A stretch of DNA of 64,000 nucleotides from the NCBI GenBank assembly GCA_963848295.1, contig CAWKDB010000010.1, positions 2,624,001 to 2,688,000 of the forward strand. Direction: 5' to 3'. Positions 30,639-42,028 of this stretch are shown piece after piece (within the stretch, counting starts at the first letter, position 1; the number at the start of each line of letters is the position of its first letter). Made by a program: the position numbers and the translations under genes. Under the pieces are notes generated by a model. That model saw only the letters and a list, made by a program, of their open reading frames with translations. It did not search any database and was not told the DNA's origin. The stretch is from an uncultured delta proteobacterium. GTDB taxonomy: Bacteria; Myxococcota_A; Polyangia; Haliangiales; Haliangiaceae.

Positions 30639-31228
30639 GCGCGACGCGTCCACCACCGCCGCCGGGCTCACCCCTCGTCGTATGCGTCGACGACGACGAA
30701 GCGGTGCTCACCGCGGTGATGCGCTGCCTGCGCAAAGAAGCGATCGAGGTTCGCCGCACGACATCGCCGCACGAAGCGCTCGCGTGGATCACGACCGAGC
30801 CGGTCGCGGTGCTCGTCGCCGACTACGAGATGCCCGAGCTCAACGGCGCTCAGCTCGCCGGTCAGGCGCGCCGCGTTCGACCCGAGACCGTGCGCATTCT
30901 CCTCACCGGTAACCAGACCCTCGAGACCGCGGTCGATGGCATCAACCAAGGCGAGATCTTCCGGTTCATCTCCAAGCCGTTCGAGACCGACGATCTGCGC
31001 CGGGCCGTGCTCGCCGCGATCTCGCGCCACAAAGAGCTGGTCGTGCTGCTCGGCGATCGCAAGCAGCGCGAACGCCGCGACTCGTTGCGCGCGGCGCTCG
31101 AGACCGAGTATCCCGGCATCACGAAGGTGCAACGCGCGAGCGACGGCGCGTACGAAGTCAGCGGCTCGCCCGCCGCCGAGGCGACCGAGCTCGGCCTGAC
31201 GCAGCTGACGTCCGCGCTACAGCGCTAG
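30635..31228 (+). CDS. Response regulator (receiver + short C-terminal tail)
   Basis: ATGA overlap with the kinase; VCVDDDE, LVADYEMP, ILLTG, SKPF. Confidence 0.85.
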   Translation: MSATRPPPPPGSPLVVCVDDDEAVLTAVMRCLRKEAIEVRRTTSPHEALAWITTEPVAVLVADYEMPELNGAQLAGQARRVRPETVRILLTGNQTLETAVDGINQGEIFRFISKPFETDDLRRAVLAAISRHKELVVLLGDRKQRERRDSLRAALETEYPGITKVQRASDGAYEVSGSPAAEATELGLTQLTSALQR

Positions 31229-31241
31229 GAGCTCGAGGGCG

Positions 31242-32756
31242 CTAGTTGATCGTCGGCGCCGGGACGCGGACCTCGAGGTCGAACAGATCGCCGCTGTCCG
31301 GCACATCGACCGCGAGCGTCGGCGTCTGATCGGTCATCGTCGGATCGATGACGTAGCCGCGCGTCACGTTGTTGTTCGTGATGTCGCCGATGATGTACGC
31401 CGCGGTGCCGTCCGGCTTCCACTGGAAGATGTTGACGTCGGGCGTCGGCGTACCGGTATCGCAGTCGAGGCACGTCGCGAGCACGCTGACCAGCCGCTTC
31501 GGCGCGGCATCGCTGCCGTCGAGCGAGCTGACGTACGGCTCGTTGCGCGCCGACAAGAACGTCGCGAGGTACGCGACCTTGGTGCCGTCGGGCGAGAACC
31601 AGAACGGCGCGGTGAAGTTCGCGTGGCCGGCCGCGGTCAGGTTCGTCAGGTTCAGGGGCACGCCGAGCGTCGCGGTGTCGGTCGCCCACATATCGTAGGC
31701 TGCGACCACGGGCGTATCGACGTTGGCGACCAGCGTCGCGCCGTCGGGCGAGATCGAGAACCCGCCGATGTCCGGGGTCGAGCCATCGAGCGTACGGGTC
31801 GCGAAGATCGACGTGATGTCGGTGCGCATCGAGCCATCCGGCGCGGCGTCGAACAGCTGGAACTCGGTGTCGCCGGTGGTGACGCGCGCGCTGAAGTAGG
31901 CGTTGTCAGCGCTGTCGAACTTGAGCGTGCCACCGACGCCTTTCGCGGCGGTGTCGGTCTGAACGCCGATGTCGGTGGCCGCGAGCAGCTCGACGGTCGT
32001 CGGCGGGCTGACGCTGGTGTCGGTGCAATACGCTTCGTTGAACGTATCGAGCGTGAGATCGCCGGTGAACCCGAGGTACCTCGAGTCGGCCGACCACGTC
32101 GGCACCGAGCCGACGTCCTGGCTCGCCGGTGCGGGCGAGTCCATCGGCCGCACCGGGCTGACCTGGATCGGCGCCGGCGTACCCGTCGTGTTGACGATCC
32201 ACATGTCGTAGCCACCGTTGACGGCGACCGAGTCCGACGTGTACGCGATCATCGTGCCGTCGGGAGAGAACAAGATCGAAGCGATCTCGACTCCGGTCTG
32301 GCCCGGGACGAGCATCGTCGGGTTCGAGCCATCGGCGTTCGCGACGTAGAGGTCGAACGTGCCCGCGGTCGTGAGATCGCCGACGAACGCGATCTTGCTG
32401 CCGTCGGCCGTCGCGTCGAATACGAAGTCCGAATAGCCGGTCGAGTCGGCGATCGTCGTCGTCGCGCTCGGCAGGATCACCGGCGGCGCGGTGTTCGCCC
32501 CGCCGAGCGGCAACGCGGTCGTATCGTCGAATCCGCCGCCGATCGTGACGTTGTTCGTGATCATGTCGCCGACGACCCAGATCCGCGCGGTCGCGGGAAC
32601 CGCGGCATCGAGCTGAGCGCTGTCGATGGCCTCCGGGGAATCCGCCGGCACGGTGCCGTCCGCAACATGCGCGTCGATCGCATGTGCGAGGTTATCCCCA
32701 CACGCCGCGAGCCCGAGCGCCAACAACGAAATCGAGATCGAGAGATTCGTCTTCAT
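31242..32756 (-). CDS. TolB-like beta-propeller lipoprotein
   Basis: Lipobox LGLAAC; repeated (F/W)SPDGxxxA(Y/F) blades. Confidence 0.75.
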   Translation of the reverse strand: MKTNLSISISLLALGLAACGDNLAHAIDAHVADGTVPADSPEAIDSAQLDAAVPATARIWVVGDMITNNVTIGGGFDDTTALPLGGANTAPPVILPSATTTIADSTGYSDFVFDATADGSKIAFVGDLTTAGTFDLYVANADGSNPTMLVPGQTGVEIASILFSPDGTMIAYTSDSVAVNGGYDMWIVNTTGTPAPIQVSPVRPMDSPAPASQDVGSVPTWSADSRYLGFTGDLTLDTFNEAYCTDTSVSPPTTVELLAATDIGVQTDTAAKGVGGTLKFDSADNAYFSARVTTGDTEFQLFDAAPDGSMRTDITSIFATRTLDGSTPDIGGFSISPDGATLVANVDTPVVAAYDMWATDTATLGVPLNLTNLTAAGHANFTAPFWFSPDGTKVAYLATFLSARNEPYVSSLDGSDAAPKRLVSVLATCLDCDTGTPTPDVNIFQWKPDGTAAYIIGDITNNNVTRGYVIDPTMTDQTPTLAVDVPDSGDLFDLEVRVPAPTIN

Positions 32757-32799
32757 GGCGCCCGGGCTATACCGCAAGTCGCGGTACGATGCTCGCAAG

Positions 32800-34002
32800 T
32801 TGGCGAGCAGCATCGATGGTGATGTCACGGTGCAACGGCTCGGGTTTTCGAGCGATGACTCCGGCAAGCGGCTCTCGTTTCCTCACGCCGAGCTGAGCAC
32901 GCTCGAAGGTCGATCCGGAGCGACCGGATACGGCGCCAAGGAGTGCGTGTTCGAAGCGCTCGAGGGCCGACTCGACACGCTGCATTGGAAGGCCGATGCC
33001 GCGTCGCTCGGCACCGCCTGGTTGCGCGATGACGCCGGTAAGATCGACCTCGCCGTCGATCGCATCGAGCTGCCGCGCGGCACCGTGTTGGTCCGTGCGA
33101 ATCGCGGCGTCGAGATCCTGTCGCCGCACGTGTCGTTCTCGGAGCTCCGACTCACCGTCAGGGGGCCGTTCGGACGGAGGCGCGCCGGCTCGCCTGCGGA
33201 AGCGACGCCCGGGTTGCGGCAAGAGCAGTTGCGGTTTCTCGATAGCTTGTCCGGCCGGATCTATCTCACGCTCAAGGTCGTGCTCGATCTGCCGGTGCTC
33301 GGGCTGCGCACGCTCGATCAGCAGCTTCGCGTGCCGATCCAAGACGGCTCGCTCGACTTCCGCGCGCTCGAAGACAGCCTCGATTGGCTCGAAGGGCGGT
33401 TCCTCGACATCGACTTCCAGGGTGAGCGGCTCGCGGTGCGCTGGAAGGTGCCGATCTTCGGCGCATCGCACGATCTGATCACATGGCAGCTCGACAACGA
33501 CGCGACCGCGCTCGCCGCATTCGGCAAAGTGCCAGTGCGCTCGCTCGCCGACTACGAGGTCGTCGCGGGCGACGACAAACCGAGCGACAAGCCGAAGTCC
33601 GAGCGGACGCTGAAGCCGGACGACGGCCGGAGACGCAAGACGCTTCAAGCGTTCGCGATCAACGCGATCGACATCGCATGGTCACTGCTCGCGCCGCGCC
33701 ATCTCGAGATCGGCAACGGCCTGATCTTGTTCGGCGGCGACGACTCGCCTGGCATGGTCGACTTCAAGGTCACGGGCGCGATCAACGACAAGGGACCCGG
33801 CGCCCTCAAGGGCAAGATCGGCAGCGTCGACACGACGATCAAGGACCTCGAGCTTGGCCCTACGTCGCTATCGGCGGATCGCTTGCACTTCGACGATATC
33901 GATCAGCTCGAGGTCACGTTCGACAGCTTCACGCCCGTCGCGGTCACGGTCGTGATCCATCGGGTCACCGCCACGAACTTCAAGCTGACGATCGGCGGCT
34001 AA
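32800..34002 (+). CDS. Hypothetical beta-rich protein (start uncertain)
   Basis: Long ORF with host-like codon usage; TTG at 32800 chosen to avoid overlap with the divergent gene. Confidence 0.6.
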   Translation: MASSIDGDVTVQRLGFSSDDSGKRLSFPHAELSTLEGRSGATGYGAKECVFEALEGRLDTLHWKADAASLGTAWLRDDAGKIDLAVDRIELPRGTVLVRANRGVEILSPHVSFSELRLTVRGPFGRRRAGSPAEATPGLRQEQLRFLDSLSGRIYLTLKVVLDLPVLGLRTLDQQLRVPIQDGSLDFRALEDSLDWLEGRFLDIDFQGERLAVRWKVPIFGASHDLITWQLDNDATALAAFGKVPVRSLADYEVVAGDDKPSDKPKSERTLKPDDGRRRKTLQAFAINAIDIAWSLLAPRHLEIGNGLILFGGDDSPGMVDFKVTGAINDKGPGALKGKIGSVDTTIKDLELGPTSLSADRLHFDDIDQLEVTFDSFTPVAVTVVIHRVTATNFKLTIGG

Positions 34003-35108
34003 GGGAACGTCAGCGTGACCTTGCCAGACTCGCCGACCTGCCCTGCTCCGCACGCACCGGTCGTTCCCGCGAGGCCACCCGCGCCGCCGCTCGGAGTCGG
34101 CGCGGCGTCGCAGCCACCGAGGCACGAGCAGCCACCGCCGCCACCACCGCCCGACGAGTTCTGGCCGGCGATCGCTGCCATGCCGGCGTCGCCGGTGGTG
34201 CCATCGCACGCCGCACCGCCCGCGCCGGCAACGTCGACGTCCTCGTCAGACACCCCCGCGCCGCCGCCACCGCCGGCGACGACCCAGTCCATCGCGGCCA
34301 GGCGGAACGTCGTCGCGCCACCGCCGCCATCGCCGGTCGAGTCATCACCGCCACCGCCACCGCCACCGCCACCGTAGCCCCCGCTGCCCCCGGCCGCGCC
34401 GTGCAGCGAGCCGCCGCCGCCAGCTCCGCCGCCTCCGGTGCCCGCCCCATCGCCGCCGACGTGACCGACGTCGCCACCACCGCCCCCGGTGTAGCCACCC
34501 GTCGTTTGAACCTTGGAGCCGCACGCTCCGCCGCGGCCGATCGTGATCGTGAACGTCGTCCCATCCGCGATCCCGGTGAACGTCTTCATCGCCTGCCCGC
34601 CCGCGCCACCCGCGGCACCCGTGGTGCCATCGTTCTTCGCACTGCCGCCGCCGCCGCCGCCTTGCGCGTCGACGAGGAACGACGTGCAGCCGGTGGGAAC
34701 GACGAAGCTGCCATCGTCGGTGTATGTCACCGCGGCCGGCGGACACGCGCCGGCGCCAAAGCACGTGACTACGATGTCGTCGACGGGCGCTTCGGCGACA
34801 CCCGATCCATTGGCCACCGTGCAGTTCTCACCGGACGGTGGTTGCGAGACCGTGACGTCGTACGGCTGGCCGAACATGACTGGAGTCGAGAACGTGAACG
34901 CGCCGTTCGCGCTGACGATTCGCGAGTCACCGGCGTTGTCCTGCAGCTCGACCGCGCCGCCGGTCAAGCCGGCGACCGTGCCGCCGATATTCGCGAACCC
35001 CGGCGGCGCATCCGCAACCGTGCCCGCATCGCCGCGATCGGCGAAGTCGAGTCGACAAGCGGATAGCGCGATGACGATGACGATGACGACGACGAACGGG
35101 ACCCGCAC
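33999..35108 (-). CDS. Lipoprotein with an Ig-like surface repeat and a glycine-rich domain
   Basis: Lipobox ALSAC; IGGTVAGLTG..VELQ.N...SANGAFTF...Y.VTV.QPP...C unit; poly-Gly C-terminal half. Confidence 0.7.
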   Translation of the reverse strand: MRVPFVVVIVIVIALSACRLDFADRGDAGTVADAPPGFANIGGTVAGLTGGAVELQDNAGDSRIVSANGAFTFSTPVMFGQPYDVTVSQPPSGENCTVANGSGVAEAPVDDIVVTCFGAGACPPAAVTYTDDGSFVVPTGCTSFLVDAQGGGGGGSAKNDGTTGAAGGAGGQAMKTFTGIADGTTFTITIGRGGACGSKVQTTGGYTGGGGGDVGHVGGDGAGTGGGGAGGGGSLHGAAGGSGGYGGGGGGGGGDDSTGDGGGGATTFRLAAMDWVVAGGGGGAGVSDEDVDVAGAGGAACDGTTGDAGMAAIAGQNSSGGGGGGGCSCLGGCDAAPTPSGGAGGLAGTTGACGAGQVGESGKVTLTFP

Positions 35109-35125
35109 TCGACCACGATATCACT

Positions 35126-36517
35126 TCAGGCGCGTGGTCCGATCATGTCGGCGGGGACGACCCAGCGATCAAAGTCCTCCGCGCTCACCGCGCCGAGGCT
35201 GATCGCCGCTTCGCGCAGCGTCGAGCCATCGTGGAGCGCGCGCTTCGCGATCGCGGCGGCTTTGTCGTATCCCACATGTGGCGACAGCGCCGTCACGAGC
35301 ATCAAGCTGCGCTCGAGCTTGCGTGCGATCTCCGCACGGTCGGGCTCGATGCCGCGAGCGCAGTGCTCGTCGAACGACGCGCATGCATCGCCGAGCAACC
35401 GGATCGACTGCAACGCGACGTGCGCGATCAGCGGCTTGTAGACGTTGAGCTCGAAGTTGCCCGACGCGCCGGCGATGCCGATCGCGACGTCGTTGCCGAG
35501 CACCTGCGCGCACACCATCGTCAGCGCCTCGCACTGCGTCGGGTTGACCTTGCCCGGCATGATCGAGCTACCGGGCTCGTTGTCCGGAATCGTCAGCTCG
35601 CCGATGCCGCAGCGCGGCCCGCTCGCGAGCCAGCGTACGTCGTTCGCGATCTTCGTCAGGCTGCACGCGAGCGTCTTGAGCGCGCCGTGCAAGCCGACGA
35701 TCGCGTCGTGCGAGGCGAGCGCCGCGAACTTGTTAGGCGCGGTGACGACGGGCTTGCCGGTCAGCCGCGCGAGCTCGGCCGCGACGCGCACCGCGAACTC
35801 GGGATGCGTGTTGAGCCCGGTGCCGACCGCGGTCCCGCCGAGCGCGAGCTCGCGCACCGGCGGCAGCGAACCGGCAATCGCAGCGAGCCCGTAGTCGAGC
35901 TGAGCGACCCAACCGCTGAGCTCTTGGCCGAGCGTCAACGGGGTCGCGTCCTGCAAGTGAGTGCGCCCGATCTTGACGATGTCGGCGAACGCGGACGCCT
36001 TGCCGGCGAGCGTCGCGCGAAGTCCGGTCACTGCGGGTACGAGCTTGCGCTCGATCCGATCGAGCGCGGCGAGATGGATCGCGGTCGGGAACGCGTCGTT
36101 CGTCGATTGCGACAGGTTGACGTGATCGTTCGGATGGATCGGCGCCTTGCCCCCGCGCGGTCGGCCGGCGAGCTCGTTCGCGCGACCGGCGATCACCTCG
36201 TTGACGTTCATGTTCGTCTGCGTGCCGCTGCCGGTCTGCCACACCGCGAGCGGAAACTCGCCGGCGAGCTCACCGGCGATCACCTCGTCGGCCGCCGCGC
36301 CGATCTTCGCCGCGCGATCCGCATCGAGCGTCCCGAGGTCGCGATTGACGTGCGCGCACGCCTTCTTGATCACCGCGAGCGCCGCGATCAGCTCGGGCGG
36401 CATGCGCTCGGTGCCGATCGCGAAGTTGCGGCGAGAGCGCTCGGTCTGCGCGCCCCAGTAGCGCTCCGCGTCGACGTCGATCGGGCCGAAGCTATCAGTC
36501 TCGGTGCGCGTGGCCAT
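35126..36517 (-). CDS. fumC: Class II fumarate hydratase
   Basis: [31 protein letters not shown] signature. Confidence 0.97.
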   Translation of the reverse strand: MATRTETDSFGPIDVDAERYWGAQTERSRRNFAIGTERMPPELIAALAVIKKACAHVNRDLGTLDADRAAKIGAAADEVIAGELAGEFPLAVWQTGSGTQTNMNVNEVIAGRANELAGRPRGGKAPIHPNDHVNLSQSTNDAFPTAIHLAALDRIERKLVPAVTGLRATLAGKASAFADIVKIGRTHLQDATPLTLGQELSGWVAQLDYGLAAIAGSLPPVRELALGGTAVGTGLNTHPEFAVRVAAELARLTGKPVVTAPNKFAALASHDAIVGLHGALKTLACSLTKIANDVRWLASGPRCGIGELTIPDNEPGSSIMPGKVNPTQCEALTMVCAQVLGNDVAIGIAGASGNFELNVYKPLIAHVALQSIRLLGDACASFDEHCARGIEPDRAEIARKLERSLMLVTALSPHVGYDKAAAIAKRALHDGSTLREAAISLGAVSAEDFDRWVVPADMIGPRA

Positions 36518-36546
36518 GCACCGGGCTTACCACGTTGCGCGCGACC

Positions 36547-39510
36547 TCAGAGATCGTCGTGGGCCGACGGCGCCTTGCCGCCGCGCGAGCGCAGCTCGGT
36601 CGCGCGCGCGCCGGCGTCCGCGAACGTCGCGTCGCGCTTCACGACCGTCTCGAAGTAATACAGCGCCTCGGAGTCGTCGCCGATCGCTTCGTACGTGATG
36701 CCGATCTCGTAGTACAGGCTCAGCCGCTCGCGATCGCTCGGCTCGGCGTGCAGGCCCTGCTTGAGCTGGTGGATCGCCTCGGACGGATTGCCCTGCTCGC
36801 GCTGGCACATGCCGATCATCACGCGGCATTGCACCTCGCGACCCGGCGCGCGCAGCACCTTCTCGAACGCCTTGATCGCCTCGTCGTAGAGGCCCATCTC
36901 TTTGTAGGCGAGGCCCAGGTCGTAGTGCGTGTCGGCGTCGCCTTCTTCGACCGGCTTCTCGAGCATCACGGTCGGTCGGCGCTTGTGCACGGGGCCACCA
37001 CCCGGTCCCGAGTCGGCGTCGGCCGCAACTTCCTCGAGGTCCTCGGCGTCGACCTCTTCGATATCGTCGAGCTCGAGTGCGTCGGTCCCTTCCGGCATGT
37101 GCACGGCTTCGTGGTCGATCGCCGCGGCGATCGGTGCGCTCGGGTTACCGGCGGCCGGCGTCGCGGCACCGTGGACCAGGGGCTCGAGCTCGGCGAGCTT
37201 CGATGCGACGAGCGGATGCGTCGGCACCGTCGCCTGGAGCGCGCGCAACACGTCGTAGGCCTCGGAGTACATGCCTTGGCTCGTGTAGAAGTCGGCGGTA
37301 TCGAGCTCGTCCTCGACGCTGGTCTCCGAGCGCGCGGCGGGCTCGCCAGAGATCGGCGCGTTCATCGCGGTCTGTTCGAACGGCGCCGGTGACTCGATCA
37401 CCTCGGGCTCGTTGTACGGATCGAAGCTGCCCGAGACCTCGAGCGCCTCGGCGTCGGTGTAGATCGGCGTCGCGTCGATCCCGGGCACTTCCGAGCCCCC
37501 TTGATCGTACACATGGGCGTCGAACTCGCGCGCGGCGTCGCGATCGAACGGCAGATCTTCATCGGCGGCCGACGCTTCGATGTCGACCGCGATCGCCTCT
37601 TCGTCGGGCTCCTGCCAGTTACCGGGTGGCGCGTCGGCGATCTCGTCGTCGAGATCATCGGCGGCGAGCTCGGTGTCGTTGCCGAGCTGCGCGAGCGCCT
37701 CGGCGTGCGCGGCCGAGATCTGCTTCGTCGATTGCGACGAGGGCGAGAACTCGAGCTCGAAGTCGCCGGTCTCGTTGATACCGCCCGGACGCACCGGCGG
37801 ACGCGACGGCGCTGGGCTGCCCGACGCGACCTGACCGAGCAGCTCGGCCGGATCGAAGTCGTCGATCGAGTCCCGGCGATTGCTGCGCCCAGCGTGTTGC
37901 GGCGACGGGGCCCGCGCGACCGCGATCGCACGCGGCGGCGACGACAGGTCCAGGTCGTCGAGATCGAGGTCCCCATCGATCGCCGCGACGCCACCGCCGG
38001 CGTACTCGACCTCGGCCGACACCGACGACATCCGCGCGACGCGCAGCCGGAATCGCCGCGCGAGCTCGAACGCGCCGGTGTGCGTGCCGTTCATCGCGAG
38101 CAGCTCTTGCAGATAGGCCTCGGCGCGATCCGGATCGGCTGGTGCGATCAGCTCGGCGAGCTTCAACAACTCGACCTCGGCCTCTTGTTCGCGGCCTTGC
38201 GAGATCAGGATGTCCTTCAGACGCTCGTGCGCTTCGACGTTCTCGGTGTCGAGCGTGAACACGCGGCGCAGGTGATCGACCGCCTTCTGATGCAGGCCGT
38301 ATTTCACGTAGACGTCGGTCTCCGCGAGGATCTTCGAGATCTCGTCAGAGTGACGTTCGCCTGCCGCCGAGGCGCGCCGCGGATCCGGCGGCGGCTCCAT
38401 GTCGGCGGAGAAATCGGCATCGTCGTACTCGGGCAGCGCGAAGTCGACGCCCGACAAGCTCTGCTCGTCGACGAGCGGCATCGAGCCGGTCATCCGCGAC
38501 GACGGTGGGATCGCCGGCAGATCGCCCGTGATGTTGAACTTGGCATCGCTCGTGGCGGCGCGAACCGCGGGTGGGAGCGGCGTCGCCGGGCGCGGCAGCG
38601 CTGCGCGCGGGGCAGCCTGCGGCCCCAGGAACGCGATCGCGTCCGGATCGTTCGGGACGAACTCGATGATCTTGCGGAACACGGAGCCGGCCCTCTCGCG
38701 CGCCTTGTTCTCGACATGAATCCGCGCGAGCTCCTTCAACACCGAGACGGTCTTGGCCTTTTGGTCGAGCGCCTGGAACGCCTGGGCGAGTAAGCCGAGC
38801 GTGTCGACGTCGCGAGGGTCGGCCTTGAAGCACGCTTGCAGCTTCTGCAGCGCGCGGCGCGGATCGCTGCGGCGCAGATACAACCCGGCGAGCTCGCGGT
38901 TGAGCGAATGGTTCTCCGGCTTGTGCCACAGCAAGCGCTCCGCGACCTTGAGGAAGTCGTCTTGCCGGTTCTGGCGACGGAGCTGCTCGCACGCGATGCT
39001 GAACTCGCTCGACGCTTCCTCGACGAGGCCTTCCTTCGAATACAGCTCGGCGAGCTTGATCCGCGTCGCGATGTTCTCCGGATCGAGATCGACGAGGCGC
39101 TTGACCGTCTCGAGCGCTTCCTTGGTCTTGCCCTCGCGATGAAAATGCGCGGCGACCGACTCGTAGTGCTGCATCGCATCGGACATCAGGCCTAGCTGGC
39201 GATAGAGCTCGGCGAGCTTCAGGATCACGTCGACGAGACGTGGATCGAGCTTGAGGATCTGCTTGTAGACCGCGACCGCTTTATGGAGAAAGCCCTGGTC
39301 GTGATAGAAGCGCGCGACCTTGAGGTACGTATCGGTCGCGTCTTGCTTCGATCCCTTTTTCGCGTAGAGATCGCCGATCTTTAACCAGACCCGAACGTCC
39401 TTCGGATCTTCGTGGACGATGCGCAGATACTCCTTGACCGCTTTGTCGATCTGTCCCCGATCGACAAACTTGCGAGCCGCATCCATGACCTTTTCTTTGT
39501 TGAAGGCCAC
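36547..39510 (-). CDS. Large TPR protein, SgmX-like type IV pilus/polarity factor
   Basis: N-terminal TPR array, acidic linker, C-terminal TPRs (THYDLGLAYKEMGLYDEAI); position downstream of accC/accB and pilQ matches the Myxococcus sgmX neighbourhood as I recall it. Confidence 0.7.
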   Translation of the reverse strand: MAFNKEKVMDAARKFVDRGQIDKAVKEYLRIVHEDPKDVRVWLKIGDLYAKKGSKQDATDTYLKVARFYHDQGFLHKAVAVYKQILKLDPRLVDVILKLAELYRQLGLMSDAMQHYESVAAHFHREGKTKEALETVKRLVDLDPENIATRIKLAELYSKEGLVEEASSEFSIACEQLRRQNRQDDFLKVAERLLWHKPENHSLNRELAGLYLRRSDPRRALQKLQACFKADPRDVDTLGLLAQAFQALDQKAKTVSVLKELARIHVENKARERAGSVFRKIIEFVPNDPDAIAFLGPQAAPRAALPRPATPLPPAVRAATSDAKFNITGDLPAIPPSSRMTGSMPLVDEQSLSGVDFALPEYDDADFSADMEPPPDPRRASAAGERHSDEISKILAETDVYVKYGLHQKAVDHLRRVFTLDTENVEAHERLKDILISQGREQEAEVELLKLAELIAPADPDRAEAYLQELLAMNGTHTGAFELARRFRLRVARMSSVSAEVEYAGGGVAAIDGDLDLDDLDLSSPPRAIAVARAPSPQHAGRSNRRDSIDDFDPAELLGQVASGSPAPSRPPVRPGGINETGDFELEFSPSSQSTKQISAAHAEALAQLGNDTELAADDLDDEIADAPPGNWQEPDEEAIAVDIEASAADEDLPFDRDAAREFDAHVYDQGGSEVPGIDATPIYTDAEALEVSGSFDPYNEPEVIESPAPFEQTAMNAPISGEPAARSETSVEDELDTADFYTSQGMYSEAYDVLRALQATVPTHPLVASKLAELEPLVHGAATPAAGNPSAPIAAAIDHEAVHMPEGTDALELDDIEEVDAEDLEEVAADADSGPGGGPVHKRRPTVMLEKPVEEGDADTHYDLGLAYKEMGLYDEAIKAFEKVLRAPGREVQCRVMIGMCQREQGNPSEAIHQLKQGLHAEPSDRERLSLYYEIGITYEAIGDDSEALYYFETVVKRDATFADAGARATELRSRGGKAPSAHDDL

Positions 39511-39692
39511 GGTCGCCTTACAGCCTCCTGGTGCGATGCATCACAGCCATCCGGTGGCAGTATGCCCGGTGGATCTCCAAAAGAGTAAGGCCGGGCATAC
39601 AGCAGGGTCAAGGAAAAGCTTGAACGAATCCCAAGCGTTGCGCAGTGCTCTGCGCACATGGGATCACTGCTCACCGGTCCCGGTGGCGATCG

Positions 39693-41048
39693 TCATGCAG
39701 CTGACGATCGCTCGGCCAACATACGGGCGACGAACCCGGTGTCGAAGTCGCCCCGGATGAACTCGGGGTGGCTGATGATCCGTCGCAAGAACGGGATGTT
39801 GGTGCGCGGTCCCTCGATGACCATCTCGTCGAGGCAGCGCTTCGCCCGCCGGATCGCGGCGGGCCGGTCGACGTCGTGGACGATGACCTTCGCGAGCAGC
39901 GAGTCGTAGTTTGGGGGGACGACGTAGCCGACGTAGATGTGGGTGTCTAGGCGCACGCCGAGGCCGCCGGGCATGTGCAACGCGGTGATCTTGCCGGGCC
40001 ACGGGGCGAACGTGACCGGGTCCTCCGCGTTGATCCGCAGCTCGATCGCGTGCCCGCGCGGCTTGCGCTCGGCGGCGCTGTGGAACGACAGCGGCTCGCC
40101 GGCGGCGATCCGGATCTGCTCGCGCACGAGATCGAGCCCGGTGACGAGCTCGGTCACCGGATGCTCGACCTGCAACCGGGTGTTCATCTCCATGAAGTAG
40201 AAGCTGCCGTCGGTGTCGAGCAGGTACTCCATCGTGCCGACGTTCGTGTAACCGATCGTCTCGATCGCCTTGACCGACGCCGCCTGCATCTTCTGGCGAA
40301 CGTCGTCCGGCAACGCCGCCGACGGCGCCTCTTCGATCACCTTTTGGTGCCTGCGTTGGATCGAGCACTCGCGCTCGCCGAGGTGGGTGTAGTGACCGTG
40401 CTTGTCGCCGATCACCTGGATCTCGATGTGGCGCGGCTTCTGGCAGTACCGCTCCATGAACATCTCGGGGTTGCCGAACGCGGCTTGCGCTTCGGTGCGG
40501 CCCATCGACCACGCGTCGAGCAGCTTCTCTTTCTCGTAGACGATCTTCATGCCGCGCCCGCCGCCGCCGGCCGACGCCTTCAAGATCACCGGAAAGCCGA
40601 TGCGCTCGGCGGTCTCGAGCAACGTGATCTCGTCGTGGATGCCGGCCGAGCCCGGCAACATCGGCACACCGGCTTTCGCCATCGCCGCGCGCGCGCTGAT
40701 CTTGTCGCCCATCAGCCGCATGGCGTCGGGCGATGGTCCGATCCACGTCAGCTTGCACTTGCGGCAGACCTCGGCGAAGTCGGCGTTCTCGGACAGGAAC
40801 CCGTAGCCGGGATGGATCGCGTCGGCGCCGGTCACTTCGGCGGCCGAGATGATCATCGGTACGTTGAGGTAGCTCTGGCGCGACGCCGGCGGACCGATGC
40901 ACACCGCTTCATCCGCGAACTTGACGTGCAGGGCGTCGGAGTCCGCGGTCGAGTGCACCGCGACCGATTGCAAGCCGAGCTCTTTGCACGCGCGGATCAC
41001 GCGCAGCGCGATCTCACCGCGGTTCGCGACCAAGACCTTCTTGAACAC
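39693..41048 (-). CDS. accC: Acetyl-CoA carboxylase, biotin carboxylase subunit
   Basis: [42 protein letters not shown]. Confidence 0.97.
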   Translation of the reverse strand: MFKKVLVANRGEIALRVIRACKELGLQSVAVHSTADSDALHVKFADEAVCIGPPASRQSYLNVPMIISAAEVTGADAIHPGYGFLSENADFAEVCRKCKLTWIGPSPDAMRLMGDKISARAAMAKAGVPMLPGSAGIHDEITLLETAERIGFPVILKASAGGGGRGMKIVYEKEKLLDAWSMGRTEAQAAFGNPEMFMERYCQKPRHIEIQVIGDKHGHYTHLGERECSIQRRHQKVIEEAPSAALPDDVRQKMQAASVKAIETIGYTNVGTMEYLLDTDGSFYFMEMNTRLQVEHPVTELVTGLDLVREQIRIAAGEPLSFHSAAERKPRGHAIELRINAEDPVTFAPWPGKITALHMPGGLGVRLDTHIYVGYVVPPNYDSLLAKVIVHDVDRPAAIRRAKRCLDEMVIEGPRTNIPFLRRIISHPEFIRGDFDTGFVARMLAERSSAA

Positions 41049-41050
41049 GG

Positions 41051-41566
41051 CTACGCGATCCGGAACAGCGGCTGGCCGTACTCGACCGACGCGCCGTCCT
41101 CGACGAGGATCCCGGTGATCGTGCCCGAAGCGTCAGCCTCGATCTCGTTCATCAGCTTCATCGCTTCGACGATGCACAGCACCTGCCCCTTGTCGATCTT
41201 GTCACCCATCGAGACGTAGTTCGGCGAGTCGGGGTTCGGCTTGCGATAGAACGTACCGACGAACGGCGACGTCACGACGTGGCCTTTGTCCTCGGCCGGT
41301 GCGGCCGCGACGGGCGCAGGCGCGTGTCCGAACCCGGCCGGTGGAGCGTATGCGGGCAGGGCCGCGGGTGCGTGAGCCGCGACCGGCGCGGAACCCGCGA
41401 CGACGCCGCGTCGGATCGTGAGCTTCGCGTCCTTGGCGTCGACGATGAGCTCGGACAGACCGTGCTCGCTCGCGATCTCCGCTAGGGCGCGCGCCATCGC
41501 GACGAGCTCGTGCTCGTCACGGTCTGCGCCGTTTGGATCGTTTTTGGCTTTGGGCTGCTTGGCCAT
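41051..41566 (-). CDS. accB: Biotin carboxyl carrier protein
   Basis: SPFVGTFYR...EAMKLMNEI biotinylation motif. Confidence 0.96.
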   Translation of the reverse strand: MAKQPKAKNDPNGADRDEHELVAMARALAEIASEHGLSELIVDAKDAKLTIRRGVVAGSAPVAAHAPAALPAYAPPAGFGHAPAPVAAAPAEDKGHVVTSPFVGTFYRKPNPDSPNYVSMGDKIDKGQVLCIVEAMKLMNEIEADASGTITGILVEDGASVEYGQPLFRIA

Positions 41567-42023
41567 GAGAGCGCTTGGTAGCTTCTACGTGCGCGAGGGC
41601 CGCGTCCAGACCCAGGTAGTAGCTTTGTGCACGGAATCCGCTGATGAGGCCGATCGCGCTCGCCGCGGTGATCGAGCGCTGACGGAACTCCTCGCGTGCG
41701 TGGATGTTCGATAAGTGGACCTCGACGGTCGGAATCTGCACCGCTTCGATCGCATCGCGGATGCCGATCGACGTGTGGCTGTAGCTGCCGGGGTTGATCA
41801 CGATCGCGTCGGCCCAACCGACCGCGCGCTGGATCAGATCGATGAGCTCGCCTTCGACGTTGGTCTGCGCGCACCGGACCTCGGCGCCTCGCGCGGTCGC
41901 GCGCTTGGCGAGCTCGGCGTCGATCTCGGCCAGGGTCGTCTTGCCGTAGAGCTTCGGCTCGCGCGTACCGAGCAGGTTGAGGTTCGCGCCGTGCAGGACC
42001 TGGACGCGCCAAGGCCGGGACAT
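41517..42023 (-). CDS. aroQ: Type II 3-dehydroquinate dehydratase
   Basis: LHGANLNLLGTREP..YG, INPG.YSHTS, EVHLSNIHAREEFR. Confidence 0.95.
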   Translation of the reverse strand: MSRPWRVQVLHGANLNLLGTREPKLYGKTTLAEIDAELAKRATARGAEVRCAQTNVEGELIDLIQRAVGWADAIVINPGSYSHTSIGIRDAIEAVQIPTVEVHLSNIHAREEFRQRSITAASAIGLISGFRAQSYYLGLDAALAHVEATKRSHGQAAQSQKRSKRRRP

Positions 42024-42028
42024 CGCCG

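Noticed and set aside
41517..41566. 50-bp aroQ/accB overlap as a regulatory feature
   Set aside because: Both catalytic cores are complete; explained by a short C-terminal run-on or an uncertain accB start
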